NCBI GenBank assembly: GCA_001784175.1
Contig: MFPR01000020.1
Span: 62,001 to 126,000, forward strand
Reading direction: 5' to 3'
Length of the DNA stretch: 64,000 bases
Source of the DNA: Candidatus Lindowbacteria bacterium RIFCSPLOWO2_12_FULL_62_27
GTDB lineage: Bacteria; Lindowbacteria; 2-12-FULL-62-27
The notes beneath the pieces are model-generated. The model ran no database searches. It was not told where the DNA came from and saw only the letters and a program-made list of their open reading frames with translations. Shown piece by piece: positions 53,280 through 61,784 of the stretch; position 1 is the first letter of the stretch; every line of letters starts with the position of its first letter. Position numbers and translations under genes: made by a program.

Positions 53280-56200
53280 GAGGCGCCCATCCCGAGAAGC
53301 ACGTCGATCATCTGGTCGGTGACGTTGAGAAACCGCGCGGAGGCCTGAAAGCCCCGCTGATACTTCATGAGGTTCACCATCTCCTCGTCCAGCGACACGC
53401 CGGATATGCTTTTGTTCAGAAGCTCGACGCTGTTGAGGACGTCGAGCTGGGTCTGCTGGTTGGTGTCGGCCAGCCGGGTGTCGATGCCGACGGTCGAGAC
53501 GAGCCCGCCGAAAAACTGGTCCATGGTCGACGAATTGTTGTCCATGATCCGTGCGTCCTTGATGTCCGCCAGTTTCAGCATGGTGTCGCCGTTGCCCGGA
53601 CCCAGACTCTGGTTGCCCACGCCGTCCAGGTCCTGGTCGAGCCCGCCGGCGGCGGCGATTTTGCGGAGGTCGTTCTTGACCGAATCGGAAACGTCGATCG
53701 AAAACGCGAAATTGTCGACCGGCGGCCGGCCGTACACGCCGGTGATGTAGACTTCCGACGCGGCATCGCCGGAGGTGTAGACCTGGCTGCGCGGCGCGAT
53801 CCGAAGCACCTGGGTGAGATCTCCCGTGTCCCGCCAACTGCTCACGCCATTTACGATCAGCCGGTTGTCCTCCGTCAGGCTTGCCGACACACCGCTCATC
53901 AGGGTCGCATTGGCGGCGGCCGAGGCGTTGATGGCGTCCCGGACATTTTCGAGCGTGATATTGGAGACGAGGTTCTGAACGCTGTTGTAGAGCAGGCCGG
54001 GCAGCGTCGGCGGCGTGCCGGTGCTGGACCGGGCGTCGTACAGCGTCGGCGCGGTCGCCTGCGCTCCCAAGCCGGCGTTGGGCACATTGTCCGTGAACGA
54101 GGTCGTGGTGTTGTCCGCGATCGTTCCGACCAGCCGGAACGCCGGCGAATTGCCCTCGAGGGTCCTATATATTTTCCGGCTTGCCGTGCCGGTCGGCCCG
54201 GTCGGAATGCCGGACAGGCTGACTTGGGACGCCGTCGAGAGCGTGACCACCGCCGAAGGCGGTCCTGGGAGGCTTTCGACGCCGTTGGAGTCCACGTAGG
54301 TGACGACATACGTATGCGTTCCGACGTCGACGAGCCCGGCGGCGCCCGCGGTCGGCGTGGGGGCAGTGGCCGGGCCGACCCGCCGCTGGCTGAATATGTC
54401 GACGCCATTCACAAACAGGAATCCCTGCCCGGCGGGCCCGCGGTTGATGTTGTTCCTCTGCGAATCGAGATAATGCGTCCCGCCGGCGGAACCGTCCGTT
54501 CCCGAATCGAGCACGAGAAATCCGCTTTCGAAGGTGGAACTTGCGGACAGGACGCCGAGCCGCTCCAGAAGGTTTCCGGTGTCCGACAGTTCCTGGATTT
54601 TGAAATCGTTGCCGGCCGTGGCCCGGAGCGTAAATCGGTTCTGAGCGTTGATCTCGGCGGTGACGCCGATCCGGAGGTCGTTGATGCGCCGGACGATGTC
54701 CTGGAGCGAATCGGCATTGCCGTCGTAAAACACCTTGTATTGATCGATGGATATCTGGCCTTTGCCGACCCGGAGCTGTCCCGTGGGATAGTTCTGGGCG
54801 TTGGCGGTGGTGTTCTCAAAGTTTTCCTTCTCGGGCGTCATGCCCAGTTTGTTCAGGAGATTCCCCGAATCCTTCATCGAGTATACGCCGTTGATCACGA
54901 GCTTGCCGTCGACGATTTTGGCCTCGGCCCCCGTGCGGCGCAGCGTCGGCGCCGCGGGATTGACGCCGGAGGCGATGGACACGTTCCGGTTGATGTTGTT
55001 CACGATGTCTTCCAGCGTGTCGGTCGTCAGATCGTACGCGACGTACGCCGCCGTGCTGGTGTCCCCGCTGTCCAGATCCACGGTGCCGCCCGTCAGGACC
55101 TGGGCCCCGTCGCTGTCGAGGTCGTCGTCGTTGATGTCGTTGAAGGTCAGTGTGCCGCTGGTCTGAAGGCCCGTCGTCGTGCTGTTGCCGTCGAGGGCGC
55201 CGTTGAAATTCGCCGAGCCGTTCAGGAGCCCCCGGATGTCCTGCACCCTGACGGTCCCGTACAATCCGCCGTTCAGGGCAAGCTCCGGATTTTTCACGAA
55301 GGTCTTGCCCGTGATTTTGTGGATGCCCTCCGACTGGGTGAGAAACGGATCGAAAAAATTGACGTTCGTGCTGCCGTCGAGGCCGAATCCGTTCCGATGG
55401 ATGTCGTTGAACTTGTCGACGAGGGTCACCGCAAAATCCGACAGCCCCCGGATGTGGGCGGGCAACTGAGTGTCGCGAAAGTCGAAGAGCGCCTTGAGTT
55501 CCCCGCCGTTCGGCATAAGTTCAGTGGTGGTGCCTTTCACGTATATCCCGAGGGTTGCGTCCGATTTCAACCGCGTCTCGTACTGGGTCGCGTAGATGCC
55601 CTGGGCGAGGGTGAGGCCGGAGACGGTCGCCAGAAAATCGTCCCCGTCGCTTTCCGTGACCTGCAGGTTGATCTGTTTGGACAGCCGTTTGATGATCCCG
55701 TCGCGCTGGTCGAGAAGATCGTTGGGTTTGTGGCCGGCGGCGATCTGGACCTGGATCTGCCGGTTGAGCTGCGCGATTTCCTGAGCGGCGCCGTTCAGGT
55801 CGTCGACGATGATCTTGATGTCGCGATTGACGGCGGTGTTCAGGGTCTTGCCGCCGAGCCTCCCAAATTCCTCCGCCTGCTGGCTGATGATTTCCGTCAG
55901 TCCCAGCGCGTTTTCACGCACGGCCGCACGGACGGCCATGTCCTCCGGATGGTTCGAGAGATCCTGCAGCGTCTTCCAGAACTCGTCCGCCCGTGCCCGC
56001 AGGGAGTTGTCGGACGGCTCGTTGTAGATCAGTTCCACCTGATGGAGATAATCAAAGGCCTTCGCCCACTGGCCCAGGTCCTCGTTCTCCTCGCGAATCC
56101 GCCGTTCCAGAAATAAGTCCCGCATTCGCTCGATCATCTTGACGTCCACGCCCGTCCCGATCTGACGCGAAACGGTCGCGCCCGGAAACCCCAGCGGAAA

Positions 56201-56350
56201 CAGCGGGCTGGTGGCCTCCATCACCACACGCTGCTTGTGGTAATCCTCGTTGTTTACGTTGGCGATGTTTTGCCCCGTGACATCGAGCGCCTGCTGGTTG
56301 GCGAAGATGCCGCTTCGGGCGATCTCAAGACCAAATATGCCGCCTGGCAT
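53276..56350 (-). CDS. flgK: Flagellar hook-associated protein 1, unusually long (1024 aa)
   Basis: ALDVTGQNIANVN, GTGV, PNDLLDQRD, SGVSLDEEMVNLMKYQ. Confidence 0.95.
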   Translation of the reverse strand: MPGGIFGLEIARSGIFANQQALDVTGQNIANVNNEDYHKQRVVMEATSPLFPLGFPGATVSRQIGTGVDVKMIERMRDLFLERRIREENEDLGQWAKAFDYLHQVELIYNEPSDNSLRARADEFWKTLQDLSNHPEDMAVRAAVRENALGLTEIISQQAEEFGRLGGKTLNTAVNRDIKIIVDDLNGAAQEIAQLNRQIQVQIAAGHKPNDLLDQRDGIIKRLSKQINLQVTESDGDDFLATVSGLTLAQGIYATQYETRLKSDATLGIYVKGTTTELMPNGGELKALFDFRDTQLPAHIRGLSDFAVTLVDKFNDIHRNGFGLDGSTNVNFFDPFLTQSEGIHKITGKTFVKNPELALNGGLYGTVRVQDIRGLLNGSANFNGALDGNSTTTGLQTSGTLTFNDINDDDLDSDGAQVLTGGTVDLDSGDTSTAAYVAYDLTTDTLEDIVNNINRNVSIASGVNPAAPTLRRTGAEAKIVDGKLVINGVYSMKDSGNLLNKLGMTPEKENFENTTANAQNYPTGQLRVGKGQISIDQYKVFYDGNADSLQDIVRRINDLRIGVTAEINAQNRFTLRATAGNDFKIQELSDTGNLLERLGVLSASSTFESGFLVLDSGTDGSAGGTHYLDSQRNNINRGPAGQGFLFVNGVDIFSQRRVGPATAPTPTAGAAGLVDVGTHTYVVTYVDSNGVESLPGPPSAVVTLSTASQVSLSGIPTGPTGTASRKIYRTLEGNSPAFRLVGTIADNTTTSFTDNVPNAGLGAQATAPTLYDARSSTGTPPTLPGLLYNSVQNLVSNITLENVRDAINASAAANATLMSGVSASLTEDNRLIVNGVSSWRDTGDLTQVLRIAPRSQVYTSGDAASEVYITGVYGRPPVDNFAFSIDVSDSVKNDLRKIAAAGGLDQDLDGVGNQSLGPGNGDTMLKLADIKDARIMDNNSSTMDQFFGGLVSTVGIDTRLADTNQQTQLDVLNSVELLNKSISGVSLDEEMVNLMKYQRGFQASARFLNVTDQMIDVLLGMGAS

Positions 56351-56359
56351 CGAAAGCTC

Positions 56360-56920
56360 CTACACCTTCTGGTCCACGAGGAGGGACGTCGAACCGGCCG
56401 GCCCGCCCGCCTTCTTTGCCCGCCGACCGGGCCGGCCGTACGCCTCCCTGGGCGCGGCGCTGGACATGATCTTCTCGAACGTGTGGTGGAGGAGCAGGAG
56501 TCGGTCGGACAGAAGCGTGTTATTGACCTTTGCCTCCCGGCGGAGCTGCAGCAGCTTCGATTCATAGGCCCGCAGAGATTTCTCCAGAACTGGCCGAAGG
56601 TTCTCCGGGGCCGCCGACAGGATGACTTGGCGGAGCCGGCCCTGGGCATAAGGCCGCGGCACGAGCGTTTCTCTCGCGCCCCGGTAGCCGAGGTCCGAGT
56701 AGAATTCCGCCATCTCGGTCTTGCGGAGTTTCCGCAGCCGCATGAGTTCGTCCATCAGCGAGTCCTCGGCATTCGACAGAGCGACAATTTCGTCCGCCGC
56801 GCTTCGCAGGATCGCCTGCCGCTTCCGGCGCGCCACGTCCAGAAGACGGTCCAATTCGGTCTCTTCCCTGGACAGAAAATCCAGGTACGCCTCAAATCGT
56901 TCCACGCCTATGCCCTCCAT
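56360..56920 (-). CDS. flgN: Flagellar export chaperone FlgN-like
   Basis: Helical protein directly upstream of flgK; NNTLL and C-terminal LLVDQKV. Confidence 0.75.
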   Translation of the reverse strand: MEGIGVERFEAYLDFLSREETELDRLLDVARRKRQAILRSAADEIVALSNAEDSLMDELMRLRKLRKTEMAEFYSDLGYRGARETLVPRPYAQGRLRQVILSAAPENLRPVLEKSLRAYESKLLQLRREAKVNNTLLSDRLLLLHHTFEKIMSSAAPREAYGRPGRRAKKAGGPAGSTSLLVDQKV

Positions 56921-56953
56921 GGGTTTTGGGTATTCTCAGTCCACCTGTTGAAC

Positions 56954-56981
56954 TTTTCGGCAATCGGAGGGTGAGGATTTA
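56954..56981 (-). promoter_or_regulatory. Sigma28 promoter for flgN-flgK-flgL-fliW-csrA
   Basis: TAAA-16 bp-GCCGAAAA. Confidence 0.85.
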
Positions 56982-56985
56982 ATCA

Positions 56986-57025
56986 ACCTCCTCCCCCCTT
57001 GTGGGGGAGGATTGAGGTGGGGGGT
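56986..57025 (-). repeat. REP-like element, family B-related (inverted)
   Basis: Reverse complement ccacctcaatcctcccccacaaggggggaggaggt combines the family A right arm with the family B loop. Confidence 0.75.
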
Positions 57026-57029
57026 CCGC

Positions 57030-57776
57030 TCACCCCCCGCGCGCGAGCGCGAAGAGGACGACCTTCTGGGCGCCGCGGTCCTTGAGGGCGGCGGCGCAGG
57101 CAGAAGCGGTCGCGCCGGTCGTCAGGATGTCGTCGACCAACAGCACGGCGCGGACACGCTGGTCTCTCGGAATGGCGGCGGCGAATGCGCCCTCCACGTT
57201 CTTGATCCGGTCCTTCCGCGAAAGCTCGAATTGCGGGCGGGTGTCGCGGATGCGGCGAAGAAGGGCCATGTGCGGCCGTTTGTATTTTTCCGAAAGATGC
57301 CGGCTGATTTCCTCGGCTGGATCAAACCCGCGTTCCTGCCGGCGGCGTTCCGAGGTGGGAACCCACGTGTAGAGATCGAAGAGGTACGGATTGAATTCCT
57401 CCTCCGGCCCGATCTTTTCCAGCGCCGACTCGACGATGGAGGGAATCCAATCCGGCCGGTTGGAAAATTTGACGCGGTGCCAGAGTTTTCTGAATGTCCC
57501 GCCGTACAGGAAAGCCGATACGGCCACATCGAACCGCCGCGTCCCGGATTGGCATTCCCGGCACTGGGTCCGGGCTGCGCCCGCCGCCGCGCGCTTCAGG
57601 TTCACTTTGCCGCATTTCGGACAGCGTTCCTTTGGAATCGTCCGAAGACCTGCTTCGCAGGTGTCGCACAACGAGATCGGATCGCCGCCCGGCGCCATCT
57701 CGTCGCCGCAGACGCGGCATTCCGGCGGGAAGACCAAATCCATGAGGCCCCGCAGAACGCCGGTCAGAAGCGCCAT
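57030..57776 (-). CDS. comF: ComF family protein (double zinc ribbon + PRTase domain)
   Basis: Four CxxC pairs, ERGFD, LLVDDILTTGAT. Confidence 0.93.
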   Translation of the reverse strand: MALLTGVLRGLMDLVFPPECRVCGDEMAPGGDPISLCDTCEAGLRTIPKERCPKCGKVNLKRAAAGAARTQCRECQSGTRRFDVAVSAFLYGGTFRKLWHRVKFSNRPDWIPSIVESALEKIGPEEEFNPYLFDLYTWVPTSERRRQERGFDPAEEISRHLSEKYKRPHMALLRRIRDTRPQFELSRKDRIKNVEGAFAAAIPRDQRVRAVLLVDDILTTGATASACAAALKDRGAQKVVLFALARGG

Positions 57777-59047
57777 AATCGGTCGGCGAGCGCGCGCGCT
57801 TCCAGGATCACATCTGAAATCGCCACGTAACGCCAGGCGCCGAAGCGGCCCATAAGCTCCACGCCCTCTACCCGGAGACGCCGCGCCAGGCGGTCGCGGT
57901 ATCGGGCGAGACCCCGCAGCGGGATGGGATAGGCGTATCGGAGGTCCAGCCGGTGCATGGTGTCGACCGCACGCGCGTTTCGAATCAGGCCGAACTTCAT
58001 GAAATGCACGAGGATGGTTTGAAATCGGAACCGGCCCAGAGCGTCGGGCGGCGCGGCGCATTCGATGTAGAGGGCGCTGTGTCCCGCCGGGGCGGCGCGC
58101 CGGGAGATGTTCGAGTAAACGCCAAAACGGTAAAACGGCAGGCGGGGAGACGGCACATAGCACCAATGGAAATCCTCGGGAAAGGGAACGCGCAGGCCGA
58201 CGTTGAAAACGGTGACGCCGGTCGATTTCAGAATCGGCGGCGGCGTCCCGCCCGAAAGGCGCAGGAATTCCGGAAGCGGAATCGTCGAGACCAGCCGGCG
58301 ATACCGCCACACCTCCTGCGCGCCGTCGGAGCGAATGATCGCGACCGTCTTTGCGTCGATGTCGATCTGCACGATCCGGGCCTGCGTCGTGGTGCGGTCA
58401 CTCACGGTTTCGGCCAGTCTCGACCCGATGGCGCCGATGCCGCCGCGGACCGGATAATAAAAAATCGCGTTGTATCCCCACGGCACCTTCTCCCGGTAAA
58501 ACGCGCTTCTTAAAATCGCCTTCGCGTCCGACGACGGAAGAAACCGCGGCACCCAGTCGATCGCCATCCGGCGCAGGTCCACGTTCCAGAGTTTCCGGTT
58601 GTACGGATACAGAAACTGGGTTCCGACGCCGTCGCCGTAATTGGCGTGCAGCCATTCCTTGAAATTCCGCGGGGTCCCCCCGCGGCGGCGGAAAAAACCG
58701 GTCAGCGCTTCCCGGGTTTGTTCCGGATCGAGATAAAACAGGTTCTGCTGGTAAGGAAACGGGATGAATCGGCCGTCGGACCAGCAGACCGATCGGCGGG
58801 CAATCCGGGCCAGCGGCACGCGGAGCCGCCGTTCCACCAGACGCAGAATCTCCGGTTCATTCGTATGAAGCAAATGGCCGGAGTGATCGAAGGTATAGGG
58901 GCCCGCACGGAAACTGCGCGCAAGGCCACCCGCTGTCTCGGATTTTTCCAGCACATGTGACGCCACGCCGCGGTCTTTCAGGAAAAGCGACAACGACAAC
59001 CCCGCCGGCCCTCCGCCCAGAATCAAAACGTCGGTGGACCGCATCAC
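57764..59047 (-). CDS. FAD-dependent oxidoreductase, UDP-galactopyranose-mutase / protoporphyrinogen-oxidase-like
   Basis: GGGPAG, GGLARS, FDHSGH, FYYP..GGIG, YAYP, GRFGAWRY. Confidence 0.8.
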   Translation of the reverse strand: MMRSTDVLILGGGPAGLSLSLFLKDRGVASHVLEKSETAGGLARSFRAGPYTFDHSGHLLHTNEPEILRLVERRLRVPLARIARRSVCWSDGRFIPFPYQQNLFYLDPEQTREALTGFFRRRGGTPRNFKEWLHANYGDGVGTQFLYPYNRKLWNVDLRRMAIDWVPRFLPSSDAKAILRSAFYREKVPWGYNAIFYYPVRGGIGAIGSRLAETVSDRTTTQARIVQIDIDAKTVAIIRSDGAQEVWRYRRLVSTIPLPEFLRLSGGTPPPILKSTGVTVFNVGLRVPFPEDFHWCYVPSPRLPFYRFGVYSNISRRAAPAGHSALYIECAAPPDALGRFRFQTILVHFMKFGLIRNARAVDTMHRLDLRYAYPIPLRGLARYRDRLARRLRVEGVELMGRFGAWRYVAISDVILEARALADRLWRF

Positions 59048-60057
59048 GCCCCGGTCGGCCGGATCGCGGCAAGCGCCATCCCGATGCCCACGCAGGACAG
59101 AAGCGTGACGCCGGCCAGAAATGCGGCATAGGGAAACGGAAGAAATACGGCGCCCGGCGCAAGAACGGCGGCGGCGGCCGACAGCCCCAAGAGGCTTGAC
59201 AGGACCCGGCCGTCGCTCCAGCCCAGGGCCCTCAGGCGGATCGCGATGTGATCGGGACTGCCCCGAATGGGCGATTGGCCCCGGGCCAGGCGAAGAACGA
59301 CCACGAACAACAGGTCGTACAGGGGAACCAGAAAAAGAAGAAATGGCACGAGAAGCCCCACCAGGTGGTCCGGCGTGTAGGATTCGCCGATCGCCAGGCC
59401 CGACAGAAGAAATCCCATCGGGAGGCTCCCCGCATCACCCAGAAACATCCGGGCCGGCGGGCGGTTGACCAGGAAGAACGCGGCGCTCGCGCCGGCCAGC
59501 GCCGCCGCGCTGACCGTCACGAACGTCTTGTCGAACAGCGTCGTGAACACGGAAACGAGCAGGAGCCCCGCGGAGATGAGCGAGGCCGTGCCGCTGCAGA
59601 GACCGTCGTGGACGTCAATGATGTTGAAGGCGTTCGTCATCGCCAGCATCCACACCACCGTCAGAAAATAATTTGCGGCCGGCGGCAGGGCCACGATGCT
59701 TACCCGCAGTCCCCCGGCGATCGCCAGCGCGGTCGCGAATCCCTCAAGGACGAGTTTGACGTAAGGAGAGATCGGCCGCAGATCATCCGCAAGGCCAACC
59801 AGAAAGAGAATGAACGCGCCGCCGAGAAGTCCCGAAAGTTCCGGCGGCATGCGGCCGGGATACATCAAGAGCCCGAATGCCACGCCTGCGACCACCACAC
59901 CGCCGCCCAGATACGGTACGGCGCGCCCGTGCGTCTTGAGCGGAGGCGCCGGCCGGTCCATTACGTCGAACCGCCCGGCCAGCCACCGGAACAGCGGAAT
60001 CGCCACGCCGGCGGATAGAAATGACGCGACCATCGGGATCAGCACGTTGCGGATCAT
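59044..60057 (-). CDS. MraY/WecA-family polyprenyl-phosphate sugar-1-P transferase
   Basis: PYLGG, GLADD, NAFNIID..DGL, FLGDAGS, DHI. Confidence 0.9.
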   Translation of the reverse strand: MIRNVLIPMVASFLSAGVAIPLFRWLAGRFDVMDRPAPPLKTHGRAVPYLGGGVVVAGVAFGLLMYPGRMPPELSGLLGGAFILFLVGLADDLRPISPYVKLVLEGFATALAIAGGLRVSIVALPPAANYFLTVVWMLAMTNAFNIIDVHDGLCSGTASLISAGLLLVSVFTTLFDKTFVTVSAAALAGASAAFFLVNRPPARMFLGDAGSLPMGFLLSGLAIGESYTPDHLVGLLVPFLLFLVPLYDLLFVVVLRLARGQSPIRGSPDHIAIRLRALGWSDGRVLSSLLGLSAAAAVLAPGAVFLPFPYAAFLAGVTLLSCVGIGMALAAIRPTGA

Positions 60058-60085
60058 GGACGGATGGAACTTGTCTTGCGGTCGG

Positions 60086-60268
60086 TTACGGTCGCGTGTC
60101 TGAGGTCGGTGCAGGCTGGGTTTGAACGCTGTCGGGTGACCATATTTCCTTGATTTGAGGTCCCAACGCCACAAAGACGGCGATGACGATGATGGCGATT
60201 AATCCGATGATCAATCCATACTCCACCACACCCTGGCCTTCGCTGCCCCTTTCAAAAGACGATTTCAT
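60086..60268 (-). CDS. Flp family type IVb pilin
   Basis: EG/QGVVEYGLIIGLIAI class III signal with E5-Y6. Confidence 0.9.
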   Translation of the reverse strand: MKSSFERGSEGQGVVEYGLIIGLIAIIVIAVFVALGPQIKEIWSPDSVQTQPAPTSDTRP

Positions 60269-60274
60269 GTGTGA

Positions 60275-60303
60275 AACGTAACAGAGCGGCGGAGGCGCGT
60301 CAA
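60275..60303 (-). promoter_or_regulatory. Sigma70 promoter giving a leaderless pilin transcript
   Basis: TTGACG-17 bp-(TGn)TACGTT ending 6 nt before the ATG. Confidence 0.65.
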
Positions 60304-61784
60304 GCAACTGTTTCCAGAGTTTCGACCAGCGATTCCAGCGTCGATTCCGGCGATTCGGCATGGACCGGCAGTCCCGCCCGGCGCGCCGCCTTGGTCGTGA
60401 CCGGACCGATGCTCACCAGCCGCAGGCGCCCGATTTGGATTTTCGCGGAGGCCATCGCGAAGGCCCGGGCCATCGAGGCGCTGGTGAGCGGCACCAATCC
60501 CGGCCCTGCGGTGTTCGCCCAGCGACCGATCTTGCCGATGTGGCTCCGGAGAAATTGTGTTCGATAAACCGGGATGGCAAAAACGGCGTGCCTCGCGCGT
60601 TTCAACATCCGGCCGAGAATCGCCCGCGCGTCTTCCGCTTGGGGCAGGAGAATCCGTTGCGGCGCCCGGTTCCGCCGGATCATTGTTTCGGCAAGGCCCT
60701 CGGCGTGGAAGTCTTGTTTCGGCACGAGGTCCGCTCGAAGCCCGATGGACCGCAGTGATTCGGCCGTCCCGGGGCCGATCGCGGCCAGCCTCGCGCGCCG
60801 CCGCGGGTTGGTCAGAATCGCCTTGAGAAGGCGCACCGTGTTTCCGGACGTCAGCACAATCCAGTCATATTCGCCAAGGATGCGTTCGGCCCGGTCCAGC
60901 CGGGGGTTCGGACGGATCGGCACGATGCCGAGGATCGGACATTCGGTCACCCGCGCGCCTTTTTGGCTCAGGAGGTCGCTGAGCCGGCCTGCCTGGTGTT
61001 CCGGCCGCATGACGAGGACGGGCCGGCCAAAAAGCGGCGGCGGCCGGAGGCTCACCACGCGCCCGATGATCGTGAGCGCCGGCGATTCGAGCCGATGGCG
61101 CACGGCGGCGGCGTGGATGCCGGCCAGGGTTCCCGTGACGACACGCTGCAGCGGCGTGGTCGCGCGGGAAATCACCGCGGCGGGCAAAGTCCTGCGGGCG
61201 CCGGAAACGATCAGGCGGCGGACGATCTTGGGAAGCGCCTTGAGGCCCATGTAAAAAATCCAGGTGCCGCCCAGCCGCGTCAACGACCGGAAATCCTGCG
61301 GCGGAAGGGGGCTCCCACCGCCGCTGTCAGCGGCACTCGCCGTCAAGAGCGTCACGCTCGACGCGCATCGCCGGTCGGTGACCGGGAAGCCCGCATAGGC
61401 GGCGGCCGCCATCCCGGATGTGACGCCCGGGATGACCGACACCTCGATTCCCTCCGATCTCAACGCGTCCGCCTCTTCGCCGCCCCGACCGAAAACCAGC
61501 GGGTCGCCTCCTTTCAGCCGCACCACGCGCCGCCCCGCCCGCACGGCCGCCACGAGCCGGCGGTTGATCTCATGCTGTGCCGGTGATGGCCGGCCGCCGC
61601 GTTTGCCGACGTTGATCCGATTGCGTTTCGGGATTCTTTTCAGAATTTCTTCCGAGACCAGAGCATCGTAAAACACGACGTCGGCCGAATCGATCGCCGC
61701 CTCGGCCGCCTTCGTCAAGAGGCCCGGGTCGCCCGGGCCCGCGCCCACGAGGATTACGCGCGGGCGCAATGTGTTCGGTTCCAT
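60300..61784 (-). CDS. cobA: Uroporphyrinogen-III C-methyltransferase / synthase fusion (CobA-HemD)
   Basis: VGAGPGDPGLLT, RLKGGDPLVFGRGGEE; C-terminal HemD motifs AIGPGTA and SIGPVT. Confidence 0.93.
   Translation of the reverse strand: MEPNTLRPRVILVGAGPGDPGLLTKAAEAAIDSADVVFYDALVSEEILKRIPKRNRINVGKRGGRPSPAQHEINRRLVAAVRAGRRVVRLKGGDPLVFGRGGEEADALRSEGIEVSVIPGVTSGMAAAAYAGFPVTDRRCASSVTLLTASAADSGGGSPLPPQDFRSLTRLGGTWIFYMGLKALPKIVRRLIVSGARRTLPAAVISRATTPLQRVVTGTLAGIHAAAVRHRLESPALTIIGRVVSLRPPPLFGRPVLVMRPEHQAGRLSDLLSQKGARVTECPILGIVPIRPNPRLDRAERILGEYDWIVLTSGNTVRLLKAILTNPRRRARLAAIGPGTAESLRSIGLRADLVPKQDFHAEGLAETMIRRNRAPQRILLPQAEDARAILGRMLKRARHAVFAIPVYRTQFLRSHIGKIGRWANTAGPGLVPLTSASMARAFAMASAKIQIGRLRLVSIGPVTTKAARRAGLPVHAESPESTLESLVETLETVA

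Noticed and set aside
51840-56116. 502-aa and 630-aa plus-strand ORFs
   Set aside because: Antisense to flgL/flgK
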